Origin: Octopus vulgaris
Lineage: Eukaryota
Reading direction: 5' to 3'
DNA: 64,000 nt
Assembly: GCA_951406725.2 (NCBI GenBank)
Contig: OX597816.1
Span: forward strand, 21,948,001 to 22,012,000
Shown here: piece after piece, positions 1 to 13,234 of the stretch
Position numbering within the stretch: the first letter of the stretch is position 1
Layout: the number at the start of each line of letters is the position of its first letter
Made by a program: the position numbers and the translations under genes
Notes under the pieces: model-generated
What the model was told of the DNA's origin: nothing
Seen by the model: the letters and a program-made list of their open reading frames with translations, nothing else
The model's database searches: none

Positions 1-369
1 GTGAAACAAATGATTAATGTTGGTTCTACTGGAAACTCATTTTCTAAAATAACATTTCATGATATACCAAAAGCTAAATGAATTCGCTTACAGTGGGAAA
101 TCGTATGAAAGGAAATATATACCCCTGTAATGATGCGCTATAGATAAAAATTGGAAGGGAGAACGGCAAAATCTTACAGAACTTTGAAATGTAAAACACG
201 ATACGTTCAGAAGGATGTATTATTATAATTATCAAGAAATTGATGACAGCTGCTAAACGTAAAAACCCTCTGAATTGACACAGACACTGTTTCTTAGGTT
301 ATCTAACCGACATGCTAGAATGTATGACAGCAGAATTTAAATAAGAAATAAAATGCCAGGATCAGCGAA

Positions 370-515
370 TAAATGACTGCCAGAATGGAACACTATCTTA
401 ATTCAACAAAACAAAACGCATAGAAAAGGTATACAGATAATCCGCTGTAACGAGATTATGTAAAGCCCTGACATCTGTAATCTCAGGAAGACTAAGAGCT
501 CATCTGGGAGATAAA
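370..515 (+). mobile_element. Decayed non-LTR retrotransposon RT fragment (R4/Dong-like)
   Basis: Frameshifted translation K*LPEWNTILIQQNKT ... KALTSVISGRLRAHL resembles the WLxxGxTxLIPK...YKxLTSII region at the start of RLE-type RT domains. Confidence 0.35.
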
Positions 516-1221
516 ATGCCTTAAAAGTAACAACTTAATATCTTATGATACAGCTATCATTTTCAAGTGTAGGAAGCAGGCTAGCATAAACAATGGGCTA
601 TCGCAAAGTATTACACAGCGGCTTATTAAATGTACTTGTATCAAGTAAATATTGCTAAATTAGCATTCGTAAAGAACGTGATAAAGACATTTTTTTCTCT
701 TGTTTAATAAAGAAACAACATTATACGATAAAGAGTTTCAGGTCTTACAGAATATTTTAATAAAAACAGACAAGTGAGTATTAATGTAAAGATAGCATTA
801 AAAGAAATAGCATTAAAAAAAACAGTAATAAAAGACAGAAAATTCTCTTTATTCTGAATTTCTTGGAAATCCCACCTCATCCCCGCCGAACCTTCTCACT
901 CGAGTGATATATGTTTCGGCGTCATGTATCATCGTAAGTTTGTTCAATCTGAGCTTGTATCGTTTGTTCCACATTTATTCCTTCGTATATATTTGTATGT
1001 AATATATTTTCCTCTGTATCAGCTAGATATGTTGTGGTAGGCTTAAGAATAATGCTTTCCCAAACTTTATTCGGAAATTTTTCAAAGTTTCAATCTTGTA
1101 GCGGTGACAAAATTGAATCTTGCATTCTTCACGCGTATAGAAACCGTCAACATTTGCTTTACATAAAACGTCTGCATTAATTTGAATTCTTTTGATTGCG
1201 AAGTCGGCTTTAGCATATTTA

Positions 1222-1547
1222 TTTATTTATTTATTCATTTATTTATGCTCACTTTTCAAGCCTAGCAAAGCTCATGGGCCTGGTTTCCCGGTTTATGTGG
1301 CGCATGTGTTTCCCCCAGCTGGACGGGAGGCCAGTCCATCGCAGCGATACCCAAGAAACAGGAAGAAAGAGTAAGAGAAAGTTGGTGCGAAAGAGTACAA
1401 CAAGGGTTGCCACCCCCACTGCCGGAGCCTCGTGGAGCTTTAGGTGTTTTCGCTCAATAAACACAGACAACACCCGGTCTGGGAATCGAAACGGCGATCC
1501 TCCGACCGTGAGTCCGCTGCCCTAACCACTGGGCCATTGCGCCTCCA
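1222..1547 (-). mobile_element. tRNA-derived SINE, head C plus tail T1 (V-domain-like)
   Basis: Head GGAGGCGCAATGGCCCAGTGGTTAGGGCAGCGGACTC with A/B-box-like motifs; body GCGATGGACTGGCCTCCCGTCCAG; (TAAA)n tail; 14-bp TSD CTTTAGCATATTTA at 1208-1221 and 1548-1561. Confidence 0.9.
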
Positions 1548-1644
1548 CTTTAGCATATTTAGTAACACAATTGTGCGTCGGTGAAGTTGTAGCTGCTTTA
1601 CAATTATAGTTTTATAGCAATTTTGAATATTTTGTTGCATTTAT

Positions 1645-1868
1645 GAGCTGGCAGAAACTTTAGCACACCGGGCGGAATGCATAGCCGTATTTCGTCTGCC
1701 GTTACGTTCTGAGTTCAAATTCCGCCGAGGTCGACTTTGCCTTTCATCCTTTCGGGGTCGATAAATAAAGTACCAGTTTCGCACTGGGTCGATGTAATCG
1801 ACTTAATCCCTTTGTCTGCCCTTGTTTGTCCCCTCTATGTTTAGCCCCTTGAGGGCAGTAAAGAAATA
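1645..1868 (+). mobile_element. SINE family B (tail B1)
   Basis: GAGCTGGCAGAA head, GTTCAAATTCC B-box, central GCCTTTCATCCTTTCGGGGTCGATAAA domain; about 10 copies in the window. Confidence 0.9.
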
Positions 1869-2289
1869 TATATGTACTATCTTTAGAGCAATGAATACTT
1901 GTAAGTAGTTTTGGGAGAGGTTCCTTTCTAGAAACGAAATTCTTCAGTATGTGATACAAAAAGATTGAATAACAACTTAGAAAATAAACAACTACAAGTA
2001 AAACACAACAAAAAATGTGGACTAGTTGCCGTTGCCGTTACTGTTGTTACTTCAGTCCTTTGTAAATATCTCTCATTACATTCAGAAATATCCGTCTAAA
2101 ACCACATTTCCAAACTTGTCCTTTCGTTTTGAAGACAACTTAGAGATGACTTCGGTAACTCTAAGTTATCATTCGACCAAAGATTGGCCCAAGTCATGTC
2201 TAACTTGATAGCACCACCTGATAGGATGTGTTAATTCATTTTAAAGTCAAGTTTTGTGGCATCATGGCCCATTCAAGTAGGGAGTCGCT

Positions 2290-2890
2290 TTGACAGAGAT
2301 ATTTCCAGGTATAGGTAGCTTATCTGTTATCCCTTAAAGACCTTTATCCCGGTTTCATTTGAAGGTAATGAGATCTTTTTCTTTTTTGATTTGTTTTACG
2401 ATAATGTTAAATAAAGCAGGGCCTGTAGAGGAAAAGAAATAGTGTAGCAGTGATTTTATGTGTTGTGATACTGAAGTGTGTGTGCCCCAGCCTTGAATAA
2501 ATTCTGAATCCACTGTTATGGTCGTGTGGACAATGCTGGTGGTATTCTCTCTACATTAGGGCGGCAAGCTGGCAGAATCGTTAGGATGTCGAGCGAGATG
2601 CTTAGCGGTATTTCGTCTGTCTTTATGTTCTGAGTTCAAATTCCGCCGAGGTCGACTTTGCCTTTCATACTTTCGGGGGTCGATTAAATAAGTACCAGTT
2701 ACGCACTGGGGTCGATATAATCGACTTCATCCGATGTCTGTCTTTTTTGTCCTCTCTGTGTTTAGCCCCTTGTGGGTAGTAAAGAAATAGGTATAATCTC
2801 TACATTGTGCAAAGGAAGTAGTTCTCACGGCGGAGCTGGGTAGAATACAGTTTCAATGTTTTAAGGCGGTACCTATAATGAAGATCAGAG
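2290..2890 (-). mobile_element. CR1-like LINE 3' coding remnant, interrupted by a SINE B
   Basis: Translations RLKTLKLYSTQLRRENYFLCTM and FFSSTGPALFNI...TDKLPIPG match typical CR1-type ORF2 C-termini (RLxxLxLYSLQRRRERY; GPxLFN; PDxPxIPG). Confidence 0.65.
2560..2789 (+). mobile_element. SINE family B (tail B1)
   Basis: Full-length match to other B copies, GGCGGCAAGCTGGCAGAA to AAAGAAATA. Confidence 0.9.
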
Positions 2891-3509
2891 TGTAATGAGA
2901 GGCAGAATATAGCATGCTCTTGCAAGCATGCCAAGCGACCACGAACCGGCATCCTCGTTGGTTTGACAAAAATGTCATAAGACATTTACCTGAAAATAAT
3001 AGCCTATTAATCAGATTATTAATCACACTAAATCTTATATATCACGACCACAAACATTTTCAGCAGAATTTCTTTCACAAATGCTATTCGCCAAAAGTTT
3101 TCCACAAATATTCGCAGATATCTTCTAAACGTCACACACATTCACGTAATCTCTTATGAGATACGTCCTCTAAAACACTTTTTCTCATGTTAACACTTTA
3201 AAACTTTAGAGAAAACACGGTAAGCGCATCATACTACTTCAGCATCAGACATCTAGCATATCCAGTAACTCTTCTACGAAGACTATGTATAAGTATGTAT
3301 GCGTGATTCATCATTGAATTGTGTAATTGTCTTTTTCTCCCAGCCTGTATTTAAACAACTGTGTACGTGCGCTAAATGTGTGTTTATCAACATCACAAGT
3401 TGTTTGCACACTATTAAGTTTCACATCATATGTCCTTCAGTCAACACCACTTATCTGCGACAAACTTACATTCGATTGTGCTTTAACATTTGCAACTTGT
3501 GTGTAAACA

Positions 3510-3583
3510 TATGTGTGTGTATGTGTGCATCTATATGTATATGTGAGTGTGTGTGTGTGTCCATGCATTTGCGGAGGCGCTAG

Positions 3584-3631
<48 letters not shown>

Positions 3632-3644
3632 ATATATATATATG

Positions 3645-3692
<48 letters not shown>

Positions 3693-3792
3693 TACAGATA
3701 TATATATACATCTAAGTGTGTATATACATACATTGATATAGATATATGGCGCTCAGTCTTTCTCTCTATCTATATACCTATTATATATATAT

Positions 3793-3823
<31 letters not shown>

Positions 3824-3976
3824 ATATATATATCACAAATATATAAATATATATGTATATATATGCATATATACATATATATATAAGTATGTATATACAT
3901 ATATATATATGCATATATACATAAATATATATATATATATGTATATACTTATATAGATATATAGACACACGATCAG

Positions 3977-4011
<35 letters not shown>

Positions 4012-4060
4012 CATATATATACACACACACACACATATATACACACACACACATATATAT
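3510..4060. repeat. Compound (TA)n/(CA)n/(TG)n microsatellite field, representative of dozens in the window
   Basis: Read directly; source of the YIYIYI ORFs. Confidence 0.95.
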
Positions 4061-4291
4061 TTTTGTTTTTGTTTTTGTTTTTCCAGTTTCAGCTCTTGAG
4101 CTGTGGCCATGCTGGGGCACCGCCATTGTGGTGAAAGAGTACAGCAGGGATCACCACCCCCTGCCGGAGCCTCGTAGAGCTTTTAGGTGTTTTCGCTCAA
4201 TAAACACACACAACGCCCGGTCTGAGAATCGAAACCGCGATCCTGCGACCGCGAGTCCGCTGCCCTAACCACTAGGCCATTGCGCCTCTAC
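4061..4291 (-). mobile_element. Chimeric SINE, head C plus tail T4
   Basis: C head fused at about 4127 to GGCGGTGCCCCAGCATGGCCACAGCTCAAGAGCTGAAACT and an (AAAAAC)n tail. Confidence 0.8.
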
Positions 4292-4493
4292 AATATATAT
4301 ATATATATGAATGTATGTGTATGAGTGGGTTTGTATGTTTGTGTATAGAGGAGCACAAACGCGAATATTTGTGAGCATTTATCGGCTTCAGTCTCCATAA
4401 TTATATTTTCTGGCTTCCCTATTTGTTTTATCTGTATAGTTGGCATTACAATCTGTTTGTCTCACTATCATCACTGCAATCATCAACAGTTCC

Positions 4494-4527
<34 letters not shown>

Positions 4528-4832
4528 TCATTTTATTTGGTATCGTCCACATCGACAGCGTCCTCGTTATCATTATTTTATGATTATGATTATGTTATTA
4601 TTTTTTGTTGTTGTTATCTTCTAGTTATTAGTTGAATTAGTATTAGAAGTAGTAGTAGCAGTAGTAGTACTAGTAGTAGTAACTGTTGCAATGGTTGTAG
4701 CATTAATAGCATCATCATCATCTATCATCATCATCAACACCATCATCATGGTCAACATCATCACCATCATTACCCATTATTATTGTTCTTGTAATTAATA
4801 ACATTTTATGATCTGTATGTGGTTATATGCGA

Positions 4833-4871
<39 letters not shown>

Positions 4872-5934
4872 CATACATACATACATATATATACATATAT
4901 ATGTATTTATGTATATATGTATATGTATGTATAAATATATATATTAATATCTACATGTATGCATATATAGATATATATATATGTTCATATATGTCTCGTG
5001 TTGTGACTGATTTAGTGTAGGTGATGGCGGTGAAGATGCTAGTGCCGTTATTTGGGGTGTTATTGACAGTGATGTTGATGTTGAGATATTTCCAATAATA
5101 AATATTGTCTAGTGTTTTGAGAGACTTATCTCCAACCTCCGATCGATGTATTGATTTCTCACTCCAATCACTCACACCCACCACCACCACCACCAAGACC
5201 AACATTACCAATAAACTAACACTAACACTAACACCAACAACTTCCTTTTCTGATTATTCCCCACCGGTTCTTTTTATTTATTTTCATCTATGATATCCCT
5301 TTCCTTCTCCCCCATCCAATCCACACCTTCGTCCTTTCTATATATCAATTCCCCACATCTTAATATCTACTTCATCTCTCCATCATTTCTCCCTCTTTAA
5401 CCATGCTCCATCTCACATCTCACTCTGTAGTGCTCTCCTCTCTGTTCCCCTCTCTCTCTGTCTCTCTCTCTTACTCTTTCTATCACCCTCTCTATTGTTC
5501 TCTTTCGCGCATGATTGCATAATGCCAATAAAAAGTAACTGTGTGTTAATTTACCGCTTCATTTAGTAACACAGCCCTCGTATCATCTCCTTTTAATGAA
5601 TTGATCTTGCCTGCTCACTTCCTTGTTTTCAGTACTCTTTCTTTGACGTATATTCTTGCACCCCTCTTCCCTTTCTCTTCCTCTGCATCTAATTCTCCAT
5701 CTTTCATTCCGTCTGTCTCTCTTTCTATCTATATTATCCCCTGCTCTCTCTCTATTCTATTCTATTTTGGAACTTCTTCACTTAAACATCTATAAACTAC
5801 TTACAACTTTAAGAGTAGGTTTCTTTGTTGGACAGCATCTTCATATCATTCTTCGTTTCCCATTTCAGCTTCTCTGCAGCTTCATCTTTATTTATTGTGG
5901 TTGTAGCTGTTGTCATTGTTGTTATTGCAGATAT

Positions 5935-6042
5935 TCTTCTTCTTCTTCTTCTTCTCTTTCTTCTTCTCCTTTTCTTCTTCTTCTTCCTCCTTTTCTCCTT
6001 CTTCTTTTTCTTCTTCTTCTTCTTCTTCTTCTTCTTCTTCTT

Positions 6043-6073
<31 letters not shown>

Positions 6074-6300
6074 TTTTACCTCTTCTTTTTCTTCCTTTTT
6101 TCGTCTTCTTTTTCTCCTCCTCGTCATCCTCCTCTCCCTCCTCCTTCTTTTTCTTATCCATTTTCGTTTTCCCTTTTTCTTCTTCTTCTCCTCCTCCCCA
6201 TTCGTCCTCTTCTTTTCCTCCTCTTCTCCCTCCTCCTTCTTCTTCTTCTTCTTCCTTCAGTTCCTCTTCACAATCTCTTCCATCATTCCTACTCCTCTTC
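5935..6300. repeat. (CTT)n/(CCT)n polypyrimidine microsatellite
   Basis: Read directly; explains the poly-L/S/F/R ORFs. Confidence 0.95.
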
Positions 6301-6314
6301 GTTTTCCTTTCTTT

Positions 6315-6780
6315 ACTGTTCCCAACGCACCAATTATTAATTATAGACACGACCTTTACAGTTTTCACACTCCAAATTACTCCTATTTCAAATTTTAAGG
6401 CATTATATTTTGGGGTACCTTTGGTGTTTCGGCCACTTTCTTTTCGATCTTGGAATCAAAACGGACAGGATGGGCCTTTTAATAAGCAACTCCGCTTTCC
6501 TTTATCTATAATTGTTATGTCCGGTCTATTATATTTGAATTTCTTGTGCGAATGGCAAAGTTCCACAAAATCTTACATTTCTCCGACTCTACTACACTTT
6601 CGTCTCGCCGATTGTACCAAGTTCCCAGCTCCAAGTTTCCAGTGCAAAACGTTTACGACTTGGTCGTGCTCCCATTTCTTATATTCTTCCAGTACCAACT
6701 TGGGGCCATTCTACCACAATGTGTGCCACTGTCTCAATCTAAGTTTCACAGTCTCTACATTCTTCTGACACATTTTCTCC
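6315..6780 (-). mobile_element. R4/Dong-like LINE C-terminal remnant (CCHC finger plus restriction-like endonuclease)
   Basis: Frameshifted translation CRDC..ETVAHIVVE / PKL..EYKKWEHDQV..LHWKL / KILWNF / NRPDITIIDKGK..PSCPFDSKIEKK / YNALKFEI. Confidence 0.8.
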
Positions 6781-6785
6781 ATATA

Positions 6786-7190
6786 CTCTTTCACTTGTTT
6801 CAGTCATTTGACTGCGGCCATGCTGGAGCACCGCCTTTAGTCGAGCAACTCGACCCCGGGACTTATTCTTTTTGTAAGCCCAGTACTTATTCTATCGGTC
6901 TCTTTTTGCCAAACCGCTAAGTGACAGGGACGTAAACACACCAGCATCGGTTGTCAAGCAATGCTAGGGGAACAAACACAGATACACAAACATATTCACA
7001 CACACTTATATATATATATACATATATACGACAGGCTTCTTTCAGTTTCCGTCTACCAAATCCACTCACAAGGCATTGGTCAGCCCGGGGCTATAGCAGA
7101 AGACACTTGCCCAAGATGCCACGCAGTGGGACTGAACCAGGAACCATGTTGTTGGTTAGCAAGCTACTTACCACACAGCCACTCCTGCGC
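6786..7190 (-). mobile_element. SINE family A (CORE-like, internal microsatellite, tail T4)
   Basis: GCGCAGGAGTGGCTGTGTGGTAAG head, CTTGGGCAAGTGTCTT core-like motif, CCAGCATGGCCGCAGTCAAATGACTGAAAC end. Confidence 0.9.
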
Positions 7191-7476
7191 TTATATATAT
7201 ATTTTTCTCAAGTTGTTTCTTTTAATCGCTTGATCTTAGGCTGCTACAATAAGGCTCTCTGTATTTTTGATTGCCCTTTTTTCAACAAAGCCCCGAATGT
7301 TGTCCCTCATACATCCCCAATGACTTGCCAACATTAACCGTATAAAGGTTTCTCTGCAATCTATCTTACGTGTACTCTTTGGATTTCATTCTTGTCCTTT
7401 ACGCTTATTTTGCGCTTCATCACCTGTTCTATTCATTGTCTTTAGAAGTTTTTTCTGTGCTGTTCTATAAATACTC

Positions 7477-7526
<50 letters not shown>

Positions 7527-7527
<1 letters not shown>

Positions 7528-7740
7528 GCGGCGAGCTGGCAGAAACGTTAGCACGCCGGACGAAATGCTTAGCAGTATTTCGTCTGTCGCTACGTTCTCA
7601 GTTCAAATTCCGCCGAGGTCGACTTTCCCTTTCATCCTTCCGAGGTCGATAAATTAAGTACCAGTTTCGTACTGGGGTCGATCTAATCGACTGGCTCCCG
7701 CCCCCAAATTTTCGGGCCTTGTGCCTAGAGTAGAAAAAAA
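7527..7740 (+). mobile_element. SINE family B with alternative tail B2
   Basis: B head and body, then CCCCCAAATTTTCGGGCCTTGTGCCTAGAGTAGAAAA; flanked by (ATT)n. Confidence 0.9.
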
Positions 7741-7742
7741 AA

Positions 7743-7967
7743 TTATTACTATTATTATTATTATTATTGAGTGAGAGAGCAGTGCATGCCATCAAAGTGA
7801 AACTGGGTTAAAATATACAAAACCCCGTATAAACATCATGGCTACCTGTCTGATAAGGGTACACCAGGCACATGCATCCCAACCATATGTGATTGACATG
7901 GTGATCTCATATCAAGATAAACAGCACATGACCTTGCAGGTGGGGCCCAGTTAGAATTTTCTTCTGG
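7743..7967 (-). mobile_element. 5'-truncated non-LTR 3' end with (TAA)n tail (Dong-like, inferred)
   Basis: Close match to 23785-23982, with (ATT)n at the same end. Confidence 0.7.
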
Positions 7968-8370
7968 TCATCATCATCATCATCATCATCAACATTATCA
8001 CCGTCGTCGTCGTATTCCTCATCATCATCGTCATCAACGTCGTTGTAATCGTCATCATCATCCTCATCTTCCTCAACATCACCATCATCATTTCATCATC
8101 ATCGTCGTCATCATCATCATCAACATTATCACCGTCGTCGTCGTATTCCTCCTCATCATCATCATCACCGTCGTTGTAATCGTCATCATCATCCTCATCT
8201 TCCTCAACATCACCATCATCATTTCATCATCGTCATCGTCATCATCATCATCATCAACATTATCACCGTCGTCGTCGTATTCCTCCTCCTCATCATCATC
8301 ACCGTCGTTGTAATCGTCATCATCGTCATCATCAGCTTCATCACCATCATCATCATCATCATCTTCATCA
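7968..8370. repeat. (CAT/CGT)n tract with higher-order period of about 131-134 bp, 3 units
   Basis: AACATTATCACCGTCGTCGTCGTATTCC recurs at 7991, 8122 and 8256. Confidence 0.9.
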
Positions 8371-8714
8371 CCAATAACGTCGACGTCTTTGTCGTCGTGA
8401 TGATCACCTTCGTAGTCACTGTCATCATTGCTGTCGCCGTCGTTGTTATCCTTATTGAAACCCATCATCTTCGTGGTTGTCGCCGCCATTGCTATCATCG
8501 TCTTTCATCATTATCGTTACACATTTTCCTTTCCTTTCCGTACTAGATCTGATTAATCTACATCTTTTAATCCTAATCTAACACCGCAACACACTTCTGT
8601 AATATTTGTCTCTTATCGCAAACAAATGTTCATCCAACTCATCTCCATATTTCTATAACATTTTTACTGCGAACGTCTTCTATAGTAAGTAATCATCCAT
8701 GTCTTCTTTTACAG

Positions 8715-8879
8715 GGCGCAGGAGTGGCCGTGTGGTAAGTAGCTTGCTTACCAACCGCATGGTCCCAAGTTCAGTCCCACTGCATGGCACCTTGGGCAAG
8801 TGTCTTCTACTATATCATCGGGCAGACCAAAGCCTTGTGAGTGGATTTGGTAGACGAAAACTGGAAGAATCTCATTGTA

Positions 8880-8972
<93 letters not shown>

Positions 8973-9190
8973 ATATGTGTGTGTGTATGTTTGTGTGTCT
9001 GTTTGCCCCCTAGCATCGCTTGACAACCGATGCTGGTGTGTTTAGGTCCCCGTAACTTAGCGGTTCGGCGAAAGAGTCCAATAGAATAAGTGCTAGGCTT
9101 ACAAAGAATAAGCTCTAGGGTCAATTTGCTCGACTTTTAAGGGCGGTGTTCCTGCATGACCGCAGTCAAATGACTGAAACAAGTAATAAA
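8715..9190 (+). mobile_element. SINE family A
   Basis: Full head, core, (TA)n(TG)n and T4 tail. Confidence 0.9.
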
Positions 9191-9903
9191 GTCATAGAGT
9201 ATAGAGTAATATTTTCCCTTTAAAACGGGTGGATGTAATTGAAAGACATTTGGGTGCTATAACTAATAACACCTATACCTGTCTACTCGAATGAACTTCC
9301 CACGTTGTCTCAAGATATTCATGCAAAAACCTGGTTAGGGGAATTCTTTCATTACTATCACTTGTTGATGAAGTAAACAACATTTGTATGCTCCGGGCCA
9401 CTTTAATCAATTCTCCTTTCTTCTTTTCCATTTCTGGAGCCTGTTGCCAAAGCAAGAAATCATTATTAGATTTTTACCATATTTTTATACAATAATTTAT
9501 TGTTCCCTCGTGCCAATTAATAGTTTTCTTGGTTCGATATTTCTATCAATTTTTGTTGCTATGTGTGGAATTATTGTCTTGATAATGTATACAAGGCAGG
9601 CAGGCTAAAATAGCTACTCTTGCAATCAAATTGTTGTTTGAGACGGGATGTACACATAGCACGCCATTTCAATAGCGTATGTATATACATATATACATAT
9701 ATATATATACATATATATACATATATATATACATATATATATATATAAATATATATACATATATATATATATATACATATATATACATATATATATATAT
9801 ACATATATATAGATACATACATATATATATATATATGGATATATATATATATATATCCATATACATATATATATGTGTATGTATATTTGTATATATATGT
9901 GTG

Positions 9904-9944
<41 letters not shown>

Positions 9945-9998
9945 GGGTACGTCGAGTTGTATATGTATGCATGTATATATATATTATGAACATATATA

Positions 9999-10040
<42 letters not shown>

Positions 10041-10849
10041 TATATATATATACATACATACATATATATGTGTGTATGTAATTATGTATGACTGTATGTA
10101 CCAGCCAGAGTGATCAATTGCACTAGTTTCCTACCATCAATAAAACACCTAAGATATAAAGCATCTATTCCCACCACAACGTCTTGCATCTGTTTTCTCG
10201 TGCATAGGAAGATAAAATATATCGTTTTGGAGCCATATTTATTGCACTTCCTAATACGAACTTCTCAGTAGCGAAGTAAGATTGTATCCTACTTTTGATC
10301 TGCTTAACCAACTGAAGTATCAGAAGGCTATGTAATAATACCCTTAAGGGTACAGCAATGTAGTAGGAGTAAGACTTATGACCTTGTATATAATTGTTCA
10401 GCTCATTAACTTAGCATCAATTGCGCTCATTATGATTACCTCACATAGCGATACAGATTTAACGGGGAATAATATTGGTAAATGAACAATTCTCTGTAGA
10501 ATATTCTTCATCCTTAAATGATTTAGAAGATCATTAGTATACGAAGAGAGAGAAGAACAGTGATGTTCTTTATTGGTAACAAGAAATAAAATAAGACAAA
10601 TGAAATGAATAAATATTGGGCCGCAAGGAATAAGAACTGTCTAAAGCATCAGACACATCCGTTCTCTTTGGAGAACACAAGTATCAACTGGCGATGAAGT
10701 ATAAATATAAAAAGACGGGGATGAAATAATAAATGAAGAGATAACGAGTAGAAGAGGAAGATGGCCAAGGAGATGACCACGGGGAAACGATGGGCAGACA
10801 TGTGCAGCAAACGCATACAAACACACCTGCTTATCAATATATGAATATA

Positions 10850-11575
10850 TGTGGTCTGATCAATAAGTATCCAAACTGCTGCCATAGTAACAAAACTAAA
10901 GCACACAGAGTAACGTTGCTTGGCACTGATTGAGCTTGGACTCTGCTGTGCATGCACACTAGGTTTTAACGTTCTAGCTAATTTCCTTTGTTTACAGCAG
11001 TGCTTGGAAGGAAGGTGTGTAGCGTGTGATCGTAACATTGACTATGACAGAGAAAGTTGAAGAGAGAATCTGCATCAAATTTTGCCAAAAGCTTGGTGAT
11101 ACCTGCTCAGAGGCCTTATGCAATGTTTTCAAAAAGTTTTCATTCTTCTCGTCACAATCAAGGAGATCTTGGGCAACTGAAAGCAATGTTTGCACAAACT
11201 TGGCAGACAAGCGTCTCATACCCAAATCTCAATTGATAATGGACTGAGCTGAACTGTAACTAATCTGCATATCCTCTGATAATTCACGGATGGAGATTCG
11301 ACGATTTCCCATCACAGCAGCACGCACATCTACGATAATTTTCTCAGTTCTGCTGGTTGTGGGTCTCCTAGAACTTTTGTCAATACCGACATTTTTTTCG
11401 GCCATCTTGCAAATGTCTGAAACACTCGTACACTTGTGGGTGGCTCATACACTCCTCTCCATACACTTTGTAAATTTTCGCAACACTGTGTAGGCTTCTG
11501 AGCAGGTATCGCCATGACAACTTTGTCTATCATTGTCAATGCGACGATCACACACTACACACCTTCCTACCAAGC
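10850..11575. mobile_element. Rearranged mariner remnant (TIR plus two facing transposase N-termini)
   Basis: TIR-like TGTGGTCTGATCAATAAGTATCC after TA; plus strand MTEKVEERICIKFCQKLG; minus strand RPTTS...NRRISIRELSEDMQISYSS...DLGMRRLSAKFV. Confidence 0.85.
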
Positions 11576-11738
11576 AAACACACATATTCCTGCATGCATA
11601 TGTATGTTTCAGAATACACACACACACGCACGCACACACACACACACACTTATATATATATATACATATATACATACACATATATATATATACATATACA
11701 TTTATATATATATAAAAATATATACATATATATATATA

Positions 11739-11775
<37 letters not shown>

Positions 11776-12923
11776 ACTACTTAAATGTATTGTGTTGTCA
11801 TAATTAGTCTGTATGATTTTCTTACCATAAATTCATTTATTACCGCTTGTAAATGCTTGTGTGTGCATTCAGTTATATTTGTACATGTCCCTTTCTCTTT
11901 CTCTATTTTTCTTGCTCTCTTTTTATACGTGTGTATATGTGTGTTTATATATATATATATACAAATGCATATAATTGTACTTCAAACACACACTTGCGTG
12001 CACACACATCTATATCTACTATTTGTACATGTGTTCCTATTTTCCTTATCTACACAATGTTTATTATCGCTCATGTTTCCAAATCCTCTGCTTTTATATC
12101 CCATTGGCATTCATCTTCTTCCCACCTTGCTTTATGAATTACACTTCTAGTTAGCCTTCTCCACAAACACTCTTTTTTCATCTCCTTTCAGTTACCTTTC
12201 GCTTCCACCTCCTCATCTTCTTCCTTCCCCTCCTCCACCTCTCTCGAAGTAATCCTAATTTAGTCATCCTTCATCGCCAATTGACTCTTATTCTCTCTCC
12301 GATTAATGGTTTCTTCCCGAAACTTTCAAAATTATTCTCTTACTCGAGGCATAAAATATATTCCCCCGCGTACATTAAGATCTATAAGTTATAGATGGTC
12401 TATGGAGAGTTATTATAGAATTATACATAATGCCCAACTTCAAAACAAACTAAATATATAACCGTTATATGTAAGTAGGGTTGTTTATGTAGCTAAGAAG
12501 TTAGGCCTTGATATACAGTACAGTTTGGTAACTGCATCATACAATGTTCGATTCTATTGTGTGACGACGTAAAAGGTATAAACACCAGCGTAAAATCCTT
12601 CCAGTTGGTACTTTAGAGCTTTAATTTCTGCTATTCCTCTGCAATGTTCAGCAGGGAGTACATTAAACATTTTCTGTTTTCATTGTATTTTACTAGTGAT
12701 TGGTATGTTAGAAGATTGCAGTCAACGACGCTTTTCTTCACAAATTAATATATGAAATGCAAAGAAATTTCTTTAGCTTAAGAACAGATGAACATCAAAC
12801 AATGTGGTTTAATGTTCCATCCCATTTGTCAGCACTTCTCGGTTAGAACTATGCAAGGACTCACACACACACACGAATCGCCAAACAGGCACTGACACAC
12901 GCACACGCACACCCACACGCACA

Positions 12924-12982
<59 letters not shown>

Positions 12983-12984
<2 letters not shown>

Positions 12985-13190
12985 CAGGAAGCTTTATGGA
13001 AATAAACAAAAGACGAAGGCAGGTGGAATACAAACAAACAATTGTATTAGTATGGCTCTCAGGAATATAAATAAAACAAGTCTTTTACGTTTCGAGCCTA
13101 CGCTCTTCAACAGAAAGATACACAGAAAAGAAACACGGAAAGAAACAAGGAGAGAAAAAAATGCGTGCAGAAGCTAGCGAATCGACATGA
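12983..13190 (-). mobile_element. Penelope-like terminal fragment, family P1
   Basis: Homologous to 16220-16370, 18478-18572 and 44490-44860; lies in a (TA)n tract; carries a hammerhead motif. Confidence 0.65.
13081..13118 (-). ncRNA. Minimal type I hammerhead-like motif with variant core
   Basis: TCTTT-CTGTTGA-A-GAGC(GTAG)GCTC-GAAA-CG-TA-AAAGA: stem I TCTTT/AAAGA, stem II GAGC/GCTC, palindromic ACGT stem III, GUA site. Confidence 0.65.
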
Positions 13191-13234
13191 TATATACATA
13201 TGTATAAATATATGTATATTCATACATACATCCA

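Noticed and set aside
5656-6768. 370-aa ORF
   Set aside because: (CTT)n tract plus the antisense of a LINE remnant; no domain
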